Of a DNA stretch of 64,000 nt, positions 9,066 through 18,877 are shown piece by piece. The translations under genes were made by a program, and so were the position numbers. Numbering within the stretch: position 1 is the first letter of the stretch; the number at the start of each line of letters is the position of its first letter. Origin of the DNA: Candidatus Omnitrophota bacterium (lineage in GTDB: Bacteria; Omnitrophota; Omnitrophia; Omnitrophales; Aquincolibacteriaceae); the NCBI GenBank assembly GCA_903856085.1, contig CAIOAT010000013.1, positions 231,430 through 295,429 on the forward strand, read 5' to 3'. Below the pieces are notes generated by a model. It worked only from the letters and a program-made list of their open reading frames with translations, had not been told where the DNA came from and did not search any database.

Positions 9066-9541
9066 AATTAAAAAATTTTCTCAAATTTATTTTTGCGTTT
9101 ATCCTTTGTCAGGGTGCCGGCGCCGCAGGCTCGGTCTACACGCTGCCCGCCATCCCGGGTTGGTACAAGTCTCTCCAAAAACCATTCTTCTCGCCTCCTG
9201 ACTGGGTGTTTGGGCCTGTCTGGACCCTTCTTTTTACGCTGATGGCAGTTGCAGTCTGCCTTGTATGGGCCAAAGGCCTCAAAGAAGCGGACGTCCGAAA
9301 AGCACTTATCGTCTTTCTTGTACAGCTGGCTCTGAACAGCTTCTGGTGTTTTCTTTTCTTCGGCCTCCGGTCTCCGCTTTACGGCCTCATTGAGATTTTT
9401 GTTCTCTGGTTCATGATTTTGATTACAATACTCCAATTTCTCAAGGTTTCACGGTGGGCCGCAGGGCTGCTGGTTCCTTATCTTTTATGGGTAAGTTTTG
9501 CAAGCAGCCTCAATTTTGGAATATTTCTTTTAAACAGATAG
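9062..9541 (+). CDS. tspO: TspO/MBR family (tryptophan-rich sensory protein)
   Basis: GWYKSLQKPFFSPPDWVFGPVWTLLFTLMAV signature and five TM helices. Confidence 0.75.
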   Translation: MKLKNFLKFIFAFILCQGAGAAGSVYTLPAIPGWYKSLQKPFFSPPDWVFGPVWTLLFTLMAVAVCLVWAKGLKEADVRKALIVFLVQLALNSFWCFLFFGLRSPLYGLIEIFVLWFMILITILQFLKVSRWAAGLLVPYLLWVSFASSLNFGIFLLNR

Positions 9542-9622
9542 AAACATCGGGAAACGGGCAATGTGGGATGCAAAGAAATTCCGTTCCCCTTCATCCCTTT
9601 TCCAAGGAAACGGTTTAAAATC

Positions 9623-10252
9623 ATGGACTGGCTTCACGAATTTTTCTCGAAACTTTATCATTTCGAAGAACTGATCCGCTGGGGCGGGTATGTCGTCCTG
9701 GTGATTATTATCTACGCAGAAACAGGACTCCTCGCCGGATTCTTTTTGCCGGGCGATTCTCTGCTTGTCACGGCCGGGCTTTTCGCGGCGGTGGAAGGCG
9801 CGCTCCGTATCGAGGTCCTCATTCCCCTTCTCGCGGTGGCAGCTATCGCAGGCGATAACACCGGCTACTGGCTTGGCTACCATTTCGGCCCGAAGCTTTT
9901 CAGCAGGACCGATTCTTTTTTCTTTCACAAGGATCATCTGACCCGAACGCAAAAGTTTTATGACCAATACGGCCCCAAAACGCTCATTTTGGCACGCTTT
10001 GTTCCGATCGTCCGAACCTTTGCGCCAACGGTCGCCGGCGTTGGCCGTATGCCTTACCGAAAATTTCTTGCCTATAGCCTTGTCGGCGGCCTCGGCTGGA
10101 TCTCGAGCATGACACTTCTTGGATTTTCTCTCGGCCACTCGATCCCCAATATCGAAAAAAAAGTCCACTGGGTCATCCTGGCCGTGATCTTCCTCTCATT
10201 CCTTCCGATCCTGAAGGAATGGCTGCATTCGAGGAAAAAGCCTAGTGTATGA
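9623..10252 (+). CDS. DedA/VTT-domain (SNARE-associated) family membrane protein
   Basis: AETGLLAGFFLPGDSLLVTAG and ARFVPIVRTFAPTVAG motifs. Start at MDWLHEF. Confidence 0.7.
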   Translation: MDWLHEFFSKLYHFEELIRWGGYVVLVIIIYAETGLLAGFFLPGDSLLVTAGLFAAVEGALRIEVLIPLLAVAAIAGDNTGYWLGYHFGPKLFSRTDSFFFHKDHLTRTQKFYDQYGPKTLILARFVPIVRTFAPTVAGVGRMPYRKFLAYSLVGGLGWISSMTLLGFSLGHSIPNIEKKVHWVILAVIFLSFLPILKEWLHSRKKPSV

Positions 10253-10325
10253 GAGCGGTCCCAATACCCATCCATCGAAGCGTAGTGAGATCGGGACCGT
10301 CCAAGTTGCCGTTTTGGAGAAGAAA

Positions 10326-10662
10326 ATGAAAGTCTGGACGGTCGCACTTTTGGTGGTTTCCAATATTTTCATGACCGCGGCATGGTACGGCCATCTAAAA
10401 TTCAGGTCTTCCGCCCTCTGGAAAGTCATTGTCATCAGGCTGGTTGATCGCTTTTGTGGAATATTGTTTCCAGGTTCCCGCGAACAGGATCGGGTCTTAC
10501 CAGTTTTCGACCGCGCAGCTTAAAACGATCCAGGAAGTGATCACGCTTGTAGTCTTTTGCGGTTTTTCTGTTCTTTATCTCAAAGAAGAATTAAAATGGA
10601 ACTATCTGGTGGGTTTTGGTTTCATGGCCGTTGCCGTATTTTTTGTTTTTAAAAAGTGGTAA
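10326..10662 (+). pseudogene. DUF486 (DMT-superfamily) small membrane protein, split by a +1 frameshift near 10425-10435
   Basis: Two overlapping ORFs in different frames. 10245..10523 contains MKVWTVALLVVSNIFMTAAWYGHLKF. 10429..10662 contains SGWLIAFVEYCFQVPANRIGSYQFSTAQLKT. Together they reconstruct a ~111-aa DUF486 protein. This is either an authentic frameshift or an assembly indel. Confidence 0.5.
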
Positions 10663-10711
10663 CTTCCTGATTTAAAGACAATGAAAAATCAGGATAACCT
10701 GAAAGGTCGTT

Positions 10712-11458
10712 ATGGCTCTTAAAGAAACTTATGAAAAGCAGGGCGCATTCCTTTTCCGCGGCAGAAGCTATCTTCCCCTTTTGGTGGGACCTCTTGTCGT
10801 GGGCGCGCTCCTGGATCCCCAATACACCCATCCCTTGTTCAGCGGTTTTTCCGGTAGCCTCTGGAAAACGATTTGCGTACTTATTTCCTTTACGGGGCTT
10901 TTGATCCGCTGCCTTGTAGCCGGTTATGTACCTCTTGGCACATCGGGACGCAATACCGAGAGACAGGTCGCTGAAAGTTTAAACACAAAAGGTCTTTATT
11001 CCATGGTCCGGAATCCTCTTTATCTCGGGAATTTCCTCATCATCCTGGGGCTTCTCCTCTTCATCCAGGTCTGGTGGTTCACGCTTGCCGGGATCGCTAT
11101 TTTCTGGATCTTCTATGAACGTATTATTTTCACGGAAGAAGAATTCTTGCGTCAGAAATTCGGCACCACGTTCGTGGAATGGTCTTTAAAAACACCCGTC
11201 TTCATCCCTAAGTTCTCGGGCTGGCAAAAACCGGAACTTCCCTACGCGTGGAAAATCGTTCTTCGCCGTGAGCATTCGACCCAGTTCGGCATGGTTTCCA
11301 CACTTGCCGTACTCGGAATCGCCGCTGACCTTTTCACGAAACCTGACCACAAGATCGCCGCCTTTTGGTGGATCTTCTGGGGAACGTCACTCGTCATTTA
11401 TCTTGTTCTCCGTTTTTTAAAGAAAAAAACAAACGTCCTCAACATTCAGGGCCGTTAA
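10712..11458 (+). CDS. Isoprenylcysteine carboxyl methyltransferase (ICMT)/phospholipid methyltransferase-family membrane methyltransferase
   Basis: VRNPLYLGN and EEEFLRQKFG motifs characteristic of the ICMT/PEMT fold. Multi-TM. Confidence 0.6.
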   Translation: MALKETYEKQGAFLFRGRSYLPLLVGPLVVGALLDPQYTHPLFSGFSGSLWKTICVLISFTGLLIRCLVAGYVPLGTSGRNTERQVAESLNTKGLYSMVRNPLYLGNFLIILGLLLFIQVWWFTLAGIAIFWIFYERIIFTEEEFLRQKFGTTFVEWSLKTPVFIPKFSGWQKPELPYAWKIVLRREHSTQFGMVSTLAVLGIAADLFTKPDHKIAAFWWIFWGTSLVIYLVLRFLKKKTNVLNIQGR

Positions 11459-11477
11459 ACTACTTTTGAGGTGACCT

Positions 11478-12044
11478 ATGAAAAAATCGCTCGGCGCAAA
11501 AACCATGCTTTTCCCCACTCCCGTCCTGATCGTCTGTTCTTATGACGCCAAAGGTGTTCCTAATGCCATGAACGTCGCTTGGGGCGGTATCGCCTGCTCA
11601 GAACCGCCGTGCGTAGCCATCTCAATCCGCGACCATCGAAAAACCTATGAGAACATTATGGCAAACAAGGCCTTTACCGTGAATATCCCTTCCGAGAAAT
11701 ACATGAAAGAAGCGGATCATTTCGGGATCGTGTCGGGAAAAACCGAGGACAAATTCAAGGCCACAGGACTGACACCCGTCAAAAGCACTTTGGTCAACGC
11801 CCCTTACATCAAGGAGTTCCCCCTCGTATTGGAATGCTCCCTCAAAGAAACACACAGACTCGGCACCCATACGCAGTTCATCGGTGAGATCAAGGATGTG
11901 AAGGCTGAAGAATCTTCCCTCAATGCAAAGGGATTTCCGGATGCCGAAAAAATGAAAGCTTTCATGTTCGATCCGAGCACGAGCGCCTATTACGCAACCG
12001 GTAAGTTCCTCGCCCAGGCCTTCACGGTCGGCAAGAACAAGTAA
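11478..12044 (+). CDS. Flavin reductase-like (flavoredoxin) domain protein
   Basis: N-terminus PTPVLIVCSYDAKGVPNAMNVAWGG is typical of flavin reductase-like FMN-binding proteins. Confidence 0.65.
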   Translation: MKKSLGAKTMLFPTPVLIVCSYDAKGVPNAMNVAWGGIACSEPPCVAISIRDHRKTYENIMANKAFTVNIPSEKYMKEADHFGIVSGKTEDKFKATGLTPVKSTLVNAPYIKEFPLVLECSLKETHRLGTHTQFIGEIKDVKAEESSLNAKGFPDAEKMKAFMFDPSTSAYYATGKFLAQAFTVGKNK

Positions 12045-12059
12045 CACGGGAACTCTCTT

Positions 12060-12434
12060 ATGGCAAAGTGGCTGGGTTTGGCCGCAGGCGGTATCCTGGG
12101 AACCTTTGCCCGTTACTTCCTCTCGGGAACCGTCCACCGCATTTTCGGGGTCACATTCCCCTTCGGGACGCTTGTAGTCAATCTTGTGGGTTGTTTCGCG
12201 ATCGGATTTCTCGCCGTGCTCGCGGAAGAAAAGTTCTTGTTGGGCCCTACCGCAAGGATTTTCCTCATGATCGGTTTTTGCGGCGCCTTCACAACCTTCT
12301 CAACGTTTATCCTTGAGACCTCGAATCTCGTCAAGGACAGCGAAAGTCTTTATGCCTTTATGAACATCGCTTTGAGCGTGGGGCTTGGCTTTTTGGTCTT
12401 CCGCTTGGGCGTCATGCTCGCGCGGTGGATCTAA
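12060..12434 (+). CDS. crcB: Fluoride ion channel CrcB/Fluc
   Basis: 124 aa. GTFARY near the N-terminus and the GFCGAFTTFSTF signature. Confidence 0.85.
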   Translation: MAKWLGLAAGGILGTFARYFLSGTVHRIFGVTFPFGTLVVNLVGCFAIGFLAVLAEEKFLLGPTARIFLMIGFCGAFTTFSTFILETSNLVKDSESLYAFMNIALSVGLGFLVFRLGVMLARWI

Positions 12435-12449
12435 CCTCAGGAGAAACTT

Positions 12450-12782
12450 ATGAAAATTCCAGAAGATGGAAAACTTTTAAGGGTTTTTATCGGTGAGGCG
12501 GATAAATGGCAGGGTCGTCCGCTGTATGAAGCGATCGTATTGCTTGCCAAAAAAGAAAGCATGGCCGGCGCCACAGCGATCAAGGGTTTCATGGGCTTCG
12601 GCTGCAAGAGCCACCTGCACACGACAAAGATTCTGCGGCTTTCCGAGGACCTGCCTATCGTAATCGAGATCGTGGATAGCGAGGAAAAAATCGCGAAATT
12701 CCTTCCGCTCCTCGATCCCATGGTGAAAGAAGGCCTTGTCACCCTTGAAAATACGAACGTTATTTTGTATCGAGCGGGTTAA
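12450..12782 (+). CDS. DUF190 domain protein, the frequent crcB/fluoride-associated partner
   Basis: 110 aa with LLRVFIGEADKWQGRPLYEAIV. Positioned 15 nt after crcB. Confidence 0.65.
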   Translation: MKIPEDGKLLRVFIGEADKWQGRPLYEAIVLLAKKESMAGATAIKGFMGFGCKSHLHTTKILRLSEDLPIVIEIVDSEEKIAKFLPLLDPMVKEGLVTLENTNVILYRAG

Positions 12783-13371
12783 CCATGGAAGGCTTTGAAA
12801 GACTTCGTTTGATGGATTCGCGAAGAGAATAAATACAACCGCAATAATTTTGACGGTAAAACTTTTCCTCCCTCGTGATCTTCTCCATTTGTGCCTGACC
12901 GCCCATAAGCCGCCAGTTATGTTCCCAAAAAACAATCCCCGGAAATAAAAAAGCGACCCGCCTTCCCGCCCGGCTCACTTGCTCGAGGTCCTTCCACCGG
13001 GAGATACCGAGACTGGTCGAAAAAACTTTAAAACCATTCTCGGCCGCATAGGCCGCAGTTTTCCCAAGGCGCATTTCAAAGCAGAGAGTGCACCGCGCCC
13101 CCCTCTCCGCATCTTCCTCATGCCCCTTCGTCGTCTCAAGCCACCTATCGGCTTCGTAATCCGCATCCACAAACGGGATGTTCATTTTCTGAACATAGCG
13201 CACGACCTCTTGTTTCCGGTGCTCGTATTCCTCCCGAGGAGAGATATTAGGATTGTAAAAATAGACCGTGGGTTTTAGCCCGCTTTCAATCATGCTTTGA
13301 AGGATGGCGCAGGAGCAAGGCGCGCAACATGAGTGAAGCAAGATTTTTTTTTCGTTGTTGGGGACTTGCAT
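12760..13371 (-). CDS. queH: Epoxyqueuosine reductase QueH (DUF208)
   Basis: LLHSCCAPCS motif plus further conserved Cys residues. Start at MQVPNNEKK. Confidence 0.75.
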   Translation of the reverse strand: MQVPNNEKKILLHSCCAPCSCAILQSMIESGLKPTVYFYNPNISPREEYEHRKQEVVRYVQKMNIPFVDADYEADRWLETTKGHEEDAERGARCTLCFEMRLGKTAAYAAENGFKVFSTSLGISRWKDLEQVSRAGRRVAFLFPGIVFWEHNWRLMGGQAQMEKITREEKFYRQNYCGCIYSLRESIKRSLSKPSMVNPLDTK

Positions 13372-13566
13372 AAGTTCGGCGCCTACCAAAATTTTCGAAA
13401 CAGCTTCATTGCGAAAGAAGAATTCCTACCTTTTGAAAATTCCATCACGTGGAAGTTGGGGGCATTATACAGAGAAATCCGTTTCGTGGAATGGGAAACG
13501 TTCTTGTTCATCCTTGCCCGCGGAGCGCTTTCTGCCAAGCCTCGCTGGGTTCCCTACCAATGCTTT

Positions 13567-15987
13567 TTATGCGTTATCTTCATCGTCGGACTCGGCCTCG
13601 ACGGGAGTGGCTTCGGCATAGTCGCCGGTGGGATTCGGGAGAAGAATCTCCCGTTGCTTGGCGCCATCCTGAGGTCCGATCACGCCTGCGGCTTCTAGCT
13701 GATCCACCACGCGTGCCGCACGCGAGTACCCAAGCCGCAAACGCCTCTGGAGATAGGAAGTCGAGGCCTGACGCGTGGTGAGAACGATGCGCTTCGCTTC
13801 GTCAAACATTTCATCTTTCTCGCCGGCACCACCCGGCATCGAGCTATTTTGCGCAGCCTGGATCTCGGAATGGTATTCCGGTTTCCCTTGTTGGGCAGTA
13901 AAAGCCACGATCCGATTGATCTCTTCATCCTCAATGAGCGGTGCCTGCCCCCTGATCATATTGTCACTGCCAGGTTGTACAAAAAGCATATCCCCGCGCC
14001 CCAGCAATTTATCGGCCCCTTTATTATCCAGAATGGTCCTGGAATCTACGACCGAGGCAACCTTGAACGCAACGCGGGCCGGGAAATTCGCTTTAATGAC
14101 GCCGGTGATGACGTCCACCGAAGGCCTCTGGGTCGCAAGGATCAGATGAATGCCCACCGCACGGGAAAGTTGCGCAAGCCGTGTGATGGCCGTCTCGACC
14201 TTGTCCTGTGCCACAAGCATGAGATCCGCAAGTTCGTCGATAATAACCACAATGTAAGGGATTGAGGCTGGGATCACATTCTCGGAATCCCCCGCCGCTT
14301 CAACCTGTTTCACACCTTCTTCGGAAAGCTCGCGGGTGTTGAATCCCACAATATTCCTCACCCCGACCGTAGCAAAAAGACGGTACCGTTTTTCCATTTC
14401 CATCACGACCCAATTCAAGGTATTCGAGGCTTTTCGCACATCCGTCACCACCGGAGAAAGCATGTGCGGGATCTTGTTGTAAACGGCAAGTTCCACCATT
14501 TTCGGGTCCACCATGACCAGCTTCAGCTGAGACGGCGTGCAGTGATAAAGAAATCCGGCAATAATCGAATTAATGCAAACGGTCTTGCCGCTTCCTGTGG
14601 TCCCGGCAATCAGGATGTGAGGCATGGCAGCCAGGTCCGCGATCATAGGCCTCCCACTCGTGTCTTTTCCGAGAATCAAGGGCAGCATGCATTTCTGCGA
14701 ACGGAAATCGGGATTCTCGATCATCTCGCGTACAAGGATCGGCCGCGATATGGAATTGGGAACTTCGATCCCGATCGTCTGCTTTCCCGGGATTGGAATG
14801 ATCATCCGGATGCTTGTCGCCTTAAGCGCCATGGCGATATCGTCTTCATAGGTCGCGATCGAATTGGCGCGAACCCCGGGTGCCGGCAAAAGCTCATACA
14901 ATGTAATCTTGGGACCCTGCTCTACCTCCACCACCTTGACCTCGATCTCAAACTCAGCGAGCGTCGCCTCAATGGCCTTGGAATTGGCCGCGAGATCATC
15001 ACCTCCGCCGACCACATCCTCTTTCGGTCTTTTCAAGAGATCCACAGGAGGAAATTGATAGTTCGCATCCGCCTTGATCTGAGATCCGATCACACCTTTA
15101 AAGGAGACTTCATCGCTGGATTGGGACGCGGACTGTTTTTCCTTACCTGTAGGCTCCACGTTGGTGGCCCCAAGCTGGGGAGGCACCAGCTTCTTAACAA
15201 GTTCTTTGGGCTCTTCTTTAGGCTTCTTTTCAACCTTCGCCTTATCGTCAGTCATGCCCGCAGTGGGTTGATAAGTTTTGATCTTGAGCGGAATATCCGG
15301 AATCCGCGGCGCCGGCTTTTCCTTCTCTTTTTCTTTTTCCTTTTCCTTTTCTTTCTCTCTTTGCTTGAGTTCCTTAGCTTGTCTCTCCTGTTCCTTTTTA
15401 AGAGCAGCGGCATTCCCGTTCTTTTTAGAATCGCGAGGAAACCGTTCGGCAACACCTGAGAAAAGTGTTTGGCATTTTCCAACGATTGCACGAAACAAAG
15501 GATAGAGCAGGAAATCCGTGGCGAGCAGCAGGGAGAGCAAAAGCGCTGAACCCGCCAAGATATAGCTTCCGAGACGCCCAAAATAGCGCAGGAGGTGGTT
15601 CCCCGCCACATACCCGAACGCGCCGCCATAGACGAAGCGCTGTGCGGGCCCCACGGTAATGGTGACGATCGTCGCTATCGAAAGAAGTGCGATGGCAAGT
15701 CCGATAAATTTAAAAAGTTTTCGTTCCGGGACCTTTTGGAGAAAAAAACATTCCGCCCAGAGCAGGAAGACGAACGGGATCACAAAGGCGCTAAGGCCGA
15801 AAACGAGAAAAAGTCCGAACGCGAGATAAGCGCCAAAATCGCCTGCGTAATTCGCTACAGGGAACGTCGGATGAGATGAATAGAACGCGATATCTTCCGC
15901 GTGATAGAAGAAGAGACTTGCAAAGGTAAACAGCCCCAGCAAAAGGAAAAAAACACCCCAAATCTCGTTGACTCTTTCTTTTTTCAT
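13567..15987 (-). CDS. ftsK: DNA translocase FtsK
   Basis: N-terminal TM segments and a low-complexity EK-repeat linker. The C-terminal motor carries HILIAGTTGSGKTVCIN Walker A and the FtsK gamma region. Confidence 0.9.
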   Translation of the reverse strand: MKKERVNEIWGVFFLLLGLFTFASLFFYHAEDIAFYSSHPTFPVANYAGDFGAYLAFGLFLVFGLSAFVIPFVFLLWAECFFLQKVPERKLFKFIGLAIALLSIATIVTITVGPAQRFVYGGAFGYVAGNHLLRYFGRLGSYILAGSALLLSLLLATDFLLYPLFRAIVGKCQTLFSGVAERFPRDSKKNGNAAALKKEQERQAKELKQREKEKEKEKEKEKEKPAPRIPDIPLKIKTYQPTAGMTDDKAKVEKKPKEEPKELVKKLVPPQLGATNVEPTGKEKQSASQSSDEVSFKGVIGSQIKADANYQFPPVDLLKRPKEDVVGGGDDLAANSKAIEATLAEFEIEVKVVEVEQGPKITLYELLPAPGVRANSIATYEDDIAMALKATSIRMIIPIPGKQTIGIEVPNSISRPILVREMIENPDFRSQKCMLPLILGKDTSGRPMIADLAAMPHILIAGTTGSGKTVCINSIIAGFLYHCTPSQLKLVMVDPKMVELAVYNKIPHMLSPVVTDVRKASNTLNWVVMEMEKRYRLFATVGVRNIVGFNTRELSEEGVKQVEAAGDSENVIPASIPYIVVIIDELADLMLVAQDKVETAITRLAQLSRAVGIHLILATQRPSVDVITGVIKANFPARVAFKVASVVDSRTILDNKGADKLLGRGDMLFVQPGSDNMIRGQAPLIEDEEINRIVAFTAQQGKPEYHSEIQAAQNSSMPGGAGEKDEMFDEAKRIVLTTRQASTSYLQRRLRLGYSRAARVVDQLEAAGVIGPQDGAKQREILLPNPTGDYAEATPVEAESDDEDNA

Positions 15988-16109
15988 AGGATATGAAACC
16001 GGATTGTGAACTATTGCAGTTCCATTCTGTCATTTCCACGGAAGCAGAAATCCGACAACGTGGATCCCGCTAAAAACATGCGGGATAAAATTGTCATGCG
16101 CAAAACCGC

Positions 16110-16559
16110 TCAGTGGCCCGTGTGGCCGAAACCGCCTGCACCCCGATGTGTTCCATCAAGATTATCGACTGCCTCAAGCTTCGCCTTAACTACCTCGGCA
16201 AGAACCATTTGGGCGATCCGCATACCGCGCGTCACGGTGAAAGTTTCCTTCGCATGATTGATTAAAATGACCTGGATCTCGCCGCGATAGTCGGAATCGA
16301 TCGTCCCGGGGGTATTGAGAAGCGTGATCCCGTATTTGATCGCAAGACCGCTTCGGGGACGAATCTGGGCCTCGAGATTCTTCGGAAGAGCGATAATGAT
16401 TCCCGTGGGGACTAGAACCCGGTCCCCAGGATGAATTGTAATGGCCTCTTGGCAGGCAGCTAAGAGATCGATGCCGCTTGCTCCTTCGGTTTGATATTGA
16501 GGAAGAGGCAATCCTTCGAAATGGGGTAATGTTTTGACCTGAACTTGTATTTCTTTCAT
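16110..16559 (-). CDS. dut: dUTP diphosphatase
   Basis: 149 aa with dUTPase motifs ([14 protein letters not shown]). Confidence 0.9.
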   Translation of the reverse strand: MKEIQVQVKTLPHFEGLPLPQYQTEGASGIDLLAACQEAITIHPGDRVLVPTGIIIALPKNLEAQIRPRSGLAIKYGITLLNTPGTIDSDYRGEIQVILINHAKETFTVTRGMRIAQMVLAEVVKAKLEAVDNLDGTHRGAGGFGHTGH

Positions 16560-16621
16560 GGGGAAAAAGTAAGGGGGTCAGGCACCTTCAAAAAACGAGA
16601 CGGTGCCTGACCCCCTAAATC

Positions 16622-18805
16622 TTATCGGCGAGGCCGGCCTCTTCCACCACGATCATCACGATCGCGCCTCGGAGGAGCTGCTTCCACAACCGTCCTTTGA
16701 TCTTCAGGAAGAATCGGAAGGGGTTCGGTCATCGCTTGCTTGATGCTCAAGCTCACTTTGCCTCGTTCATCGACGCTGAGAACCTTCACTTTAATTTTAT
16801 CACCCACGCGGAGATAATCCCCGGCGCTCTTAACGAATCCTTCGGTGATCTCGGAGACATGGCAAAGCCCGTCCTTGCCCGGCAAAATTTCGCAAAACGC
16901 GCCGAACGGCATGAGCTTCTGGACCGTGCTCTCGTAGATCTTGCCAATCTCGGCATCTTCGGTCACAGCCTGAACGCGCGCAATGGCGGCTGCGGAAGAC
17001 TCACTACTCACCGCAGCAATAAAAACACGACCATCATCTTCGATGTCAATCTTGGCGCCGGTTTCTTCGACGATCTTGCGAATGTTCTTGCCGCCCGGGC
17101 CGATAAGCATGCCTATCTTTTCGGGATCGATCTTAAGCGTCGTGATGCGCGGCGCAAATTCGGAAAGTTCCTTCGGCGTCTTGATACAACCCGCGATCAT
17201 GTCGAGGATCTTGAAGCGCGCCTGTTTCGCCTGATCAAACGCTTCCTTGAGCTGGGCTTCTGTGATGCCATCGATCTTCATGTCCATTTGAAGCGCTGTA
17301 AGTCCCTCGCGGGTCCCCGCAGCTTTAAAGTCCATATCACCCAAATGGTCTTCGATCCCGGCGATATCCGTCAGAACCTTCCAACGGTTCTTATCCGTCA
17401 CAAGTCCGATCGCGATCCCCGCGACCGGCGCCTTGATCGGCACCCCGGCATCCATCAGTGCGAGCGTTCCGCCACAAACCGTGGCCATTGAACTCGAACC
17501 GTTGGACTCCATGATCTCGGAAACGAGACGAATGGTATACGGAAAATCTTCCTGGGACGGGAGAATGGGTTCCAGCGCGCGTGACGCAAGCGCACCGTGA
17601 CCAATCTCACGACGGCCTGTTCCGCGGTTGGGGCCGACCTCGCCCACACTGTAATGCGGAAAGTTATAATGCAGCATGAAACGCCTGGAGTATTCTTTCT
17701 CCAAGGCATCGATGGTCTGCTCATCATCACCCGTACCAAGCGTGGTTACGCTCAAACTCTGGGTCTGACCGCGCGTAAAAAGCGAGGAGCCATGGGTTCT
17801 CGGCAAAATGCCGATCTCACAAGTAATTTTGCGAATATCGCGTTCCCCGCGTCCGTCCGGACGTTTTCCGGTGGAAAGAACAAAATCACGGATCTTTTCG
17901 TGCTCGAGCCGCGCGAACGCGATCTTCACGATAGCCTCGTCAAAGCCTTCGGCTTTGGTATCGCACTCGGCGAGAGCCTTTTCATAAAGACCTTTCAGGA
18001 AAGCTTCCTGCGCTTCTTTGCCCGGCTGGGAGAACAACTTCTCGAATTCGTTCCCGATCGCGGCCTTGATCTTCTGTTCCATGCCCGCCGCAAAGGCAAT
18101 CGGTTTCACAGTCTTCTTGGTCTTACCGGCTTTTTTCACAAGATCCAGCTGCAACTGCACAGCCTTCTTGACCGCTTCATGCCCGATCTTAAGCGCCTCG
18201 AACATCTGCTCTTCCGAGATCTCTTGGGCTCCCGCTTCGATCATCACGATCTTTTCGAGGGTACCGGCAACCACGAGGTCTAAAGCGCTCTTTTCAAGTT
18301 CCTGGTGGGTAGGGTTCACGATAAACTGTCCGTCCACAAGCCCGACACGCGCGGCGCCGAGAGCGGTCGCGTAAGGAATATCCGAGATCATAAGCGCCGC
18401 CGAAGCTGCGTTCATTGCGAAGATCTCGGTCATATTTTCGCCATCGATCGACAGCACGGTCACCGAAACCTGCACTTCGTTAAGATAATCTTCTGGAAAA
18501 AGCGGACGAATGGGCCGGTCGATCAGTCGCGAGGTCAGAATCTCCTTTTCGGAAGGACGCCCCTCACGTTTAAAAAAACCGCCTGGGATCTTCCCGGCGG
18601 CGTAAGTGCGTTCGCGATAATCCACGGTAAGCGGAAAGAAATCGCGGATCTCTTTCTTGTCAGCCGCGGCAACCACGGCCGCCAGGATCACGGTCCCGCC
18701 GCATTGAACAAGCACGGCACCATGGGCCTGTTTGGCCATGCGCCCAGTTTCCAGGGACACTTCATGGCCCCCGATTTGAGTAGAAACTTTTTCGATCTTT
18801 GTCAT
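16622..18805 (-). CDS. pnp: Polyribonucleotide nucleotidyltransferase (PNPase)
   Basis: 727 aa. Two RNase PH domains followed by KH and S1 domains. The C-terminal R/G-rich tail is unusual but tolerable. Confidence 0.9.
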   Translation of the reverse strand: MTKIEKVSTQIGGHEVSLETGRMAKQAHGAVLVQCGGTVILAAVVAAADKKEIRDFFPLTVDYRERTYAAGKIPGGFFKREGRPSEKEILTSRLIDRPIRPLFPEDYLNEVQVSVTVLSIDGENMTEIFAMNAASAALMISDIPYATALGAARVGLVDGQFIVNPTHQELEKSALDLVVAGTLEKIVMIEAGAQEISEEQMFEALKIGHEAVKKAVQLQLDLVKKAGKTKKTVKPIAFAAGMEQKIKAAIGNEFEKLFSQPGKEAQEAFLKGLYEKALAECDTKAEGFDEAIVKIAFARLEHEKIRDFVLSTGKRPDGRGERDIRKITCEIGILPRTHGSSLFTRGQTQSLSVTTLGTGDDEQTIDALEKEYSRRFMLHYNFPHYSVGEVGPNRGTGRREIGHGALASRALEPILPSQEDFPYTIRLVSEIMESNGSSSMATVCGGTLALMDAGVPIKAPVAGIAIGLVTDKNRWKVLTDIAGIEDHLGDMDFKAAGTREGLTALQMDMKIDGITEAQLKEAFDQAKQARFKILDMIAGCIKTPKELSEFAPRITTLKIDPEKIGMLIGPGGKNIRKIVEETGAKIDIEDDGRVFIAAVSSESSAAAIARVQAVTEDAEIGKIYESTVQKLMPFGAFCEILPGKDGLCHVSEITEGFVKSAGDYLRVGDKIKVKVLSVDERGKVSLSIKQAMTEPLPILPEDQRTVVEAAPPRRDRDDRGGRGRPRR

Positions 18806-18877
18806 GTGAGGTTACACCTTTCGCTTGTGAGGTTGGGACTTATTCAAGATAAGGACAGACAGGCTGAAACGAGGAAT

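Noticed and set aside
14464-15459. 331-aa plus-strand ORF
   Set aside because: It lies entirely inside ftsK on the opposite strand. The translation is R/L/F-rich, with FLFLFFL encoded by the EK-repeat complement.
16697-18374. Plus-strand ORFs of 264, 228 and 118 aa
   Set aside because: They are antisense to pnp. High-GC-third-position shadow frames are common opposite well-conserved genes.
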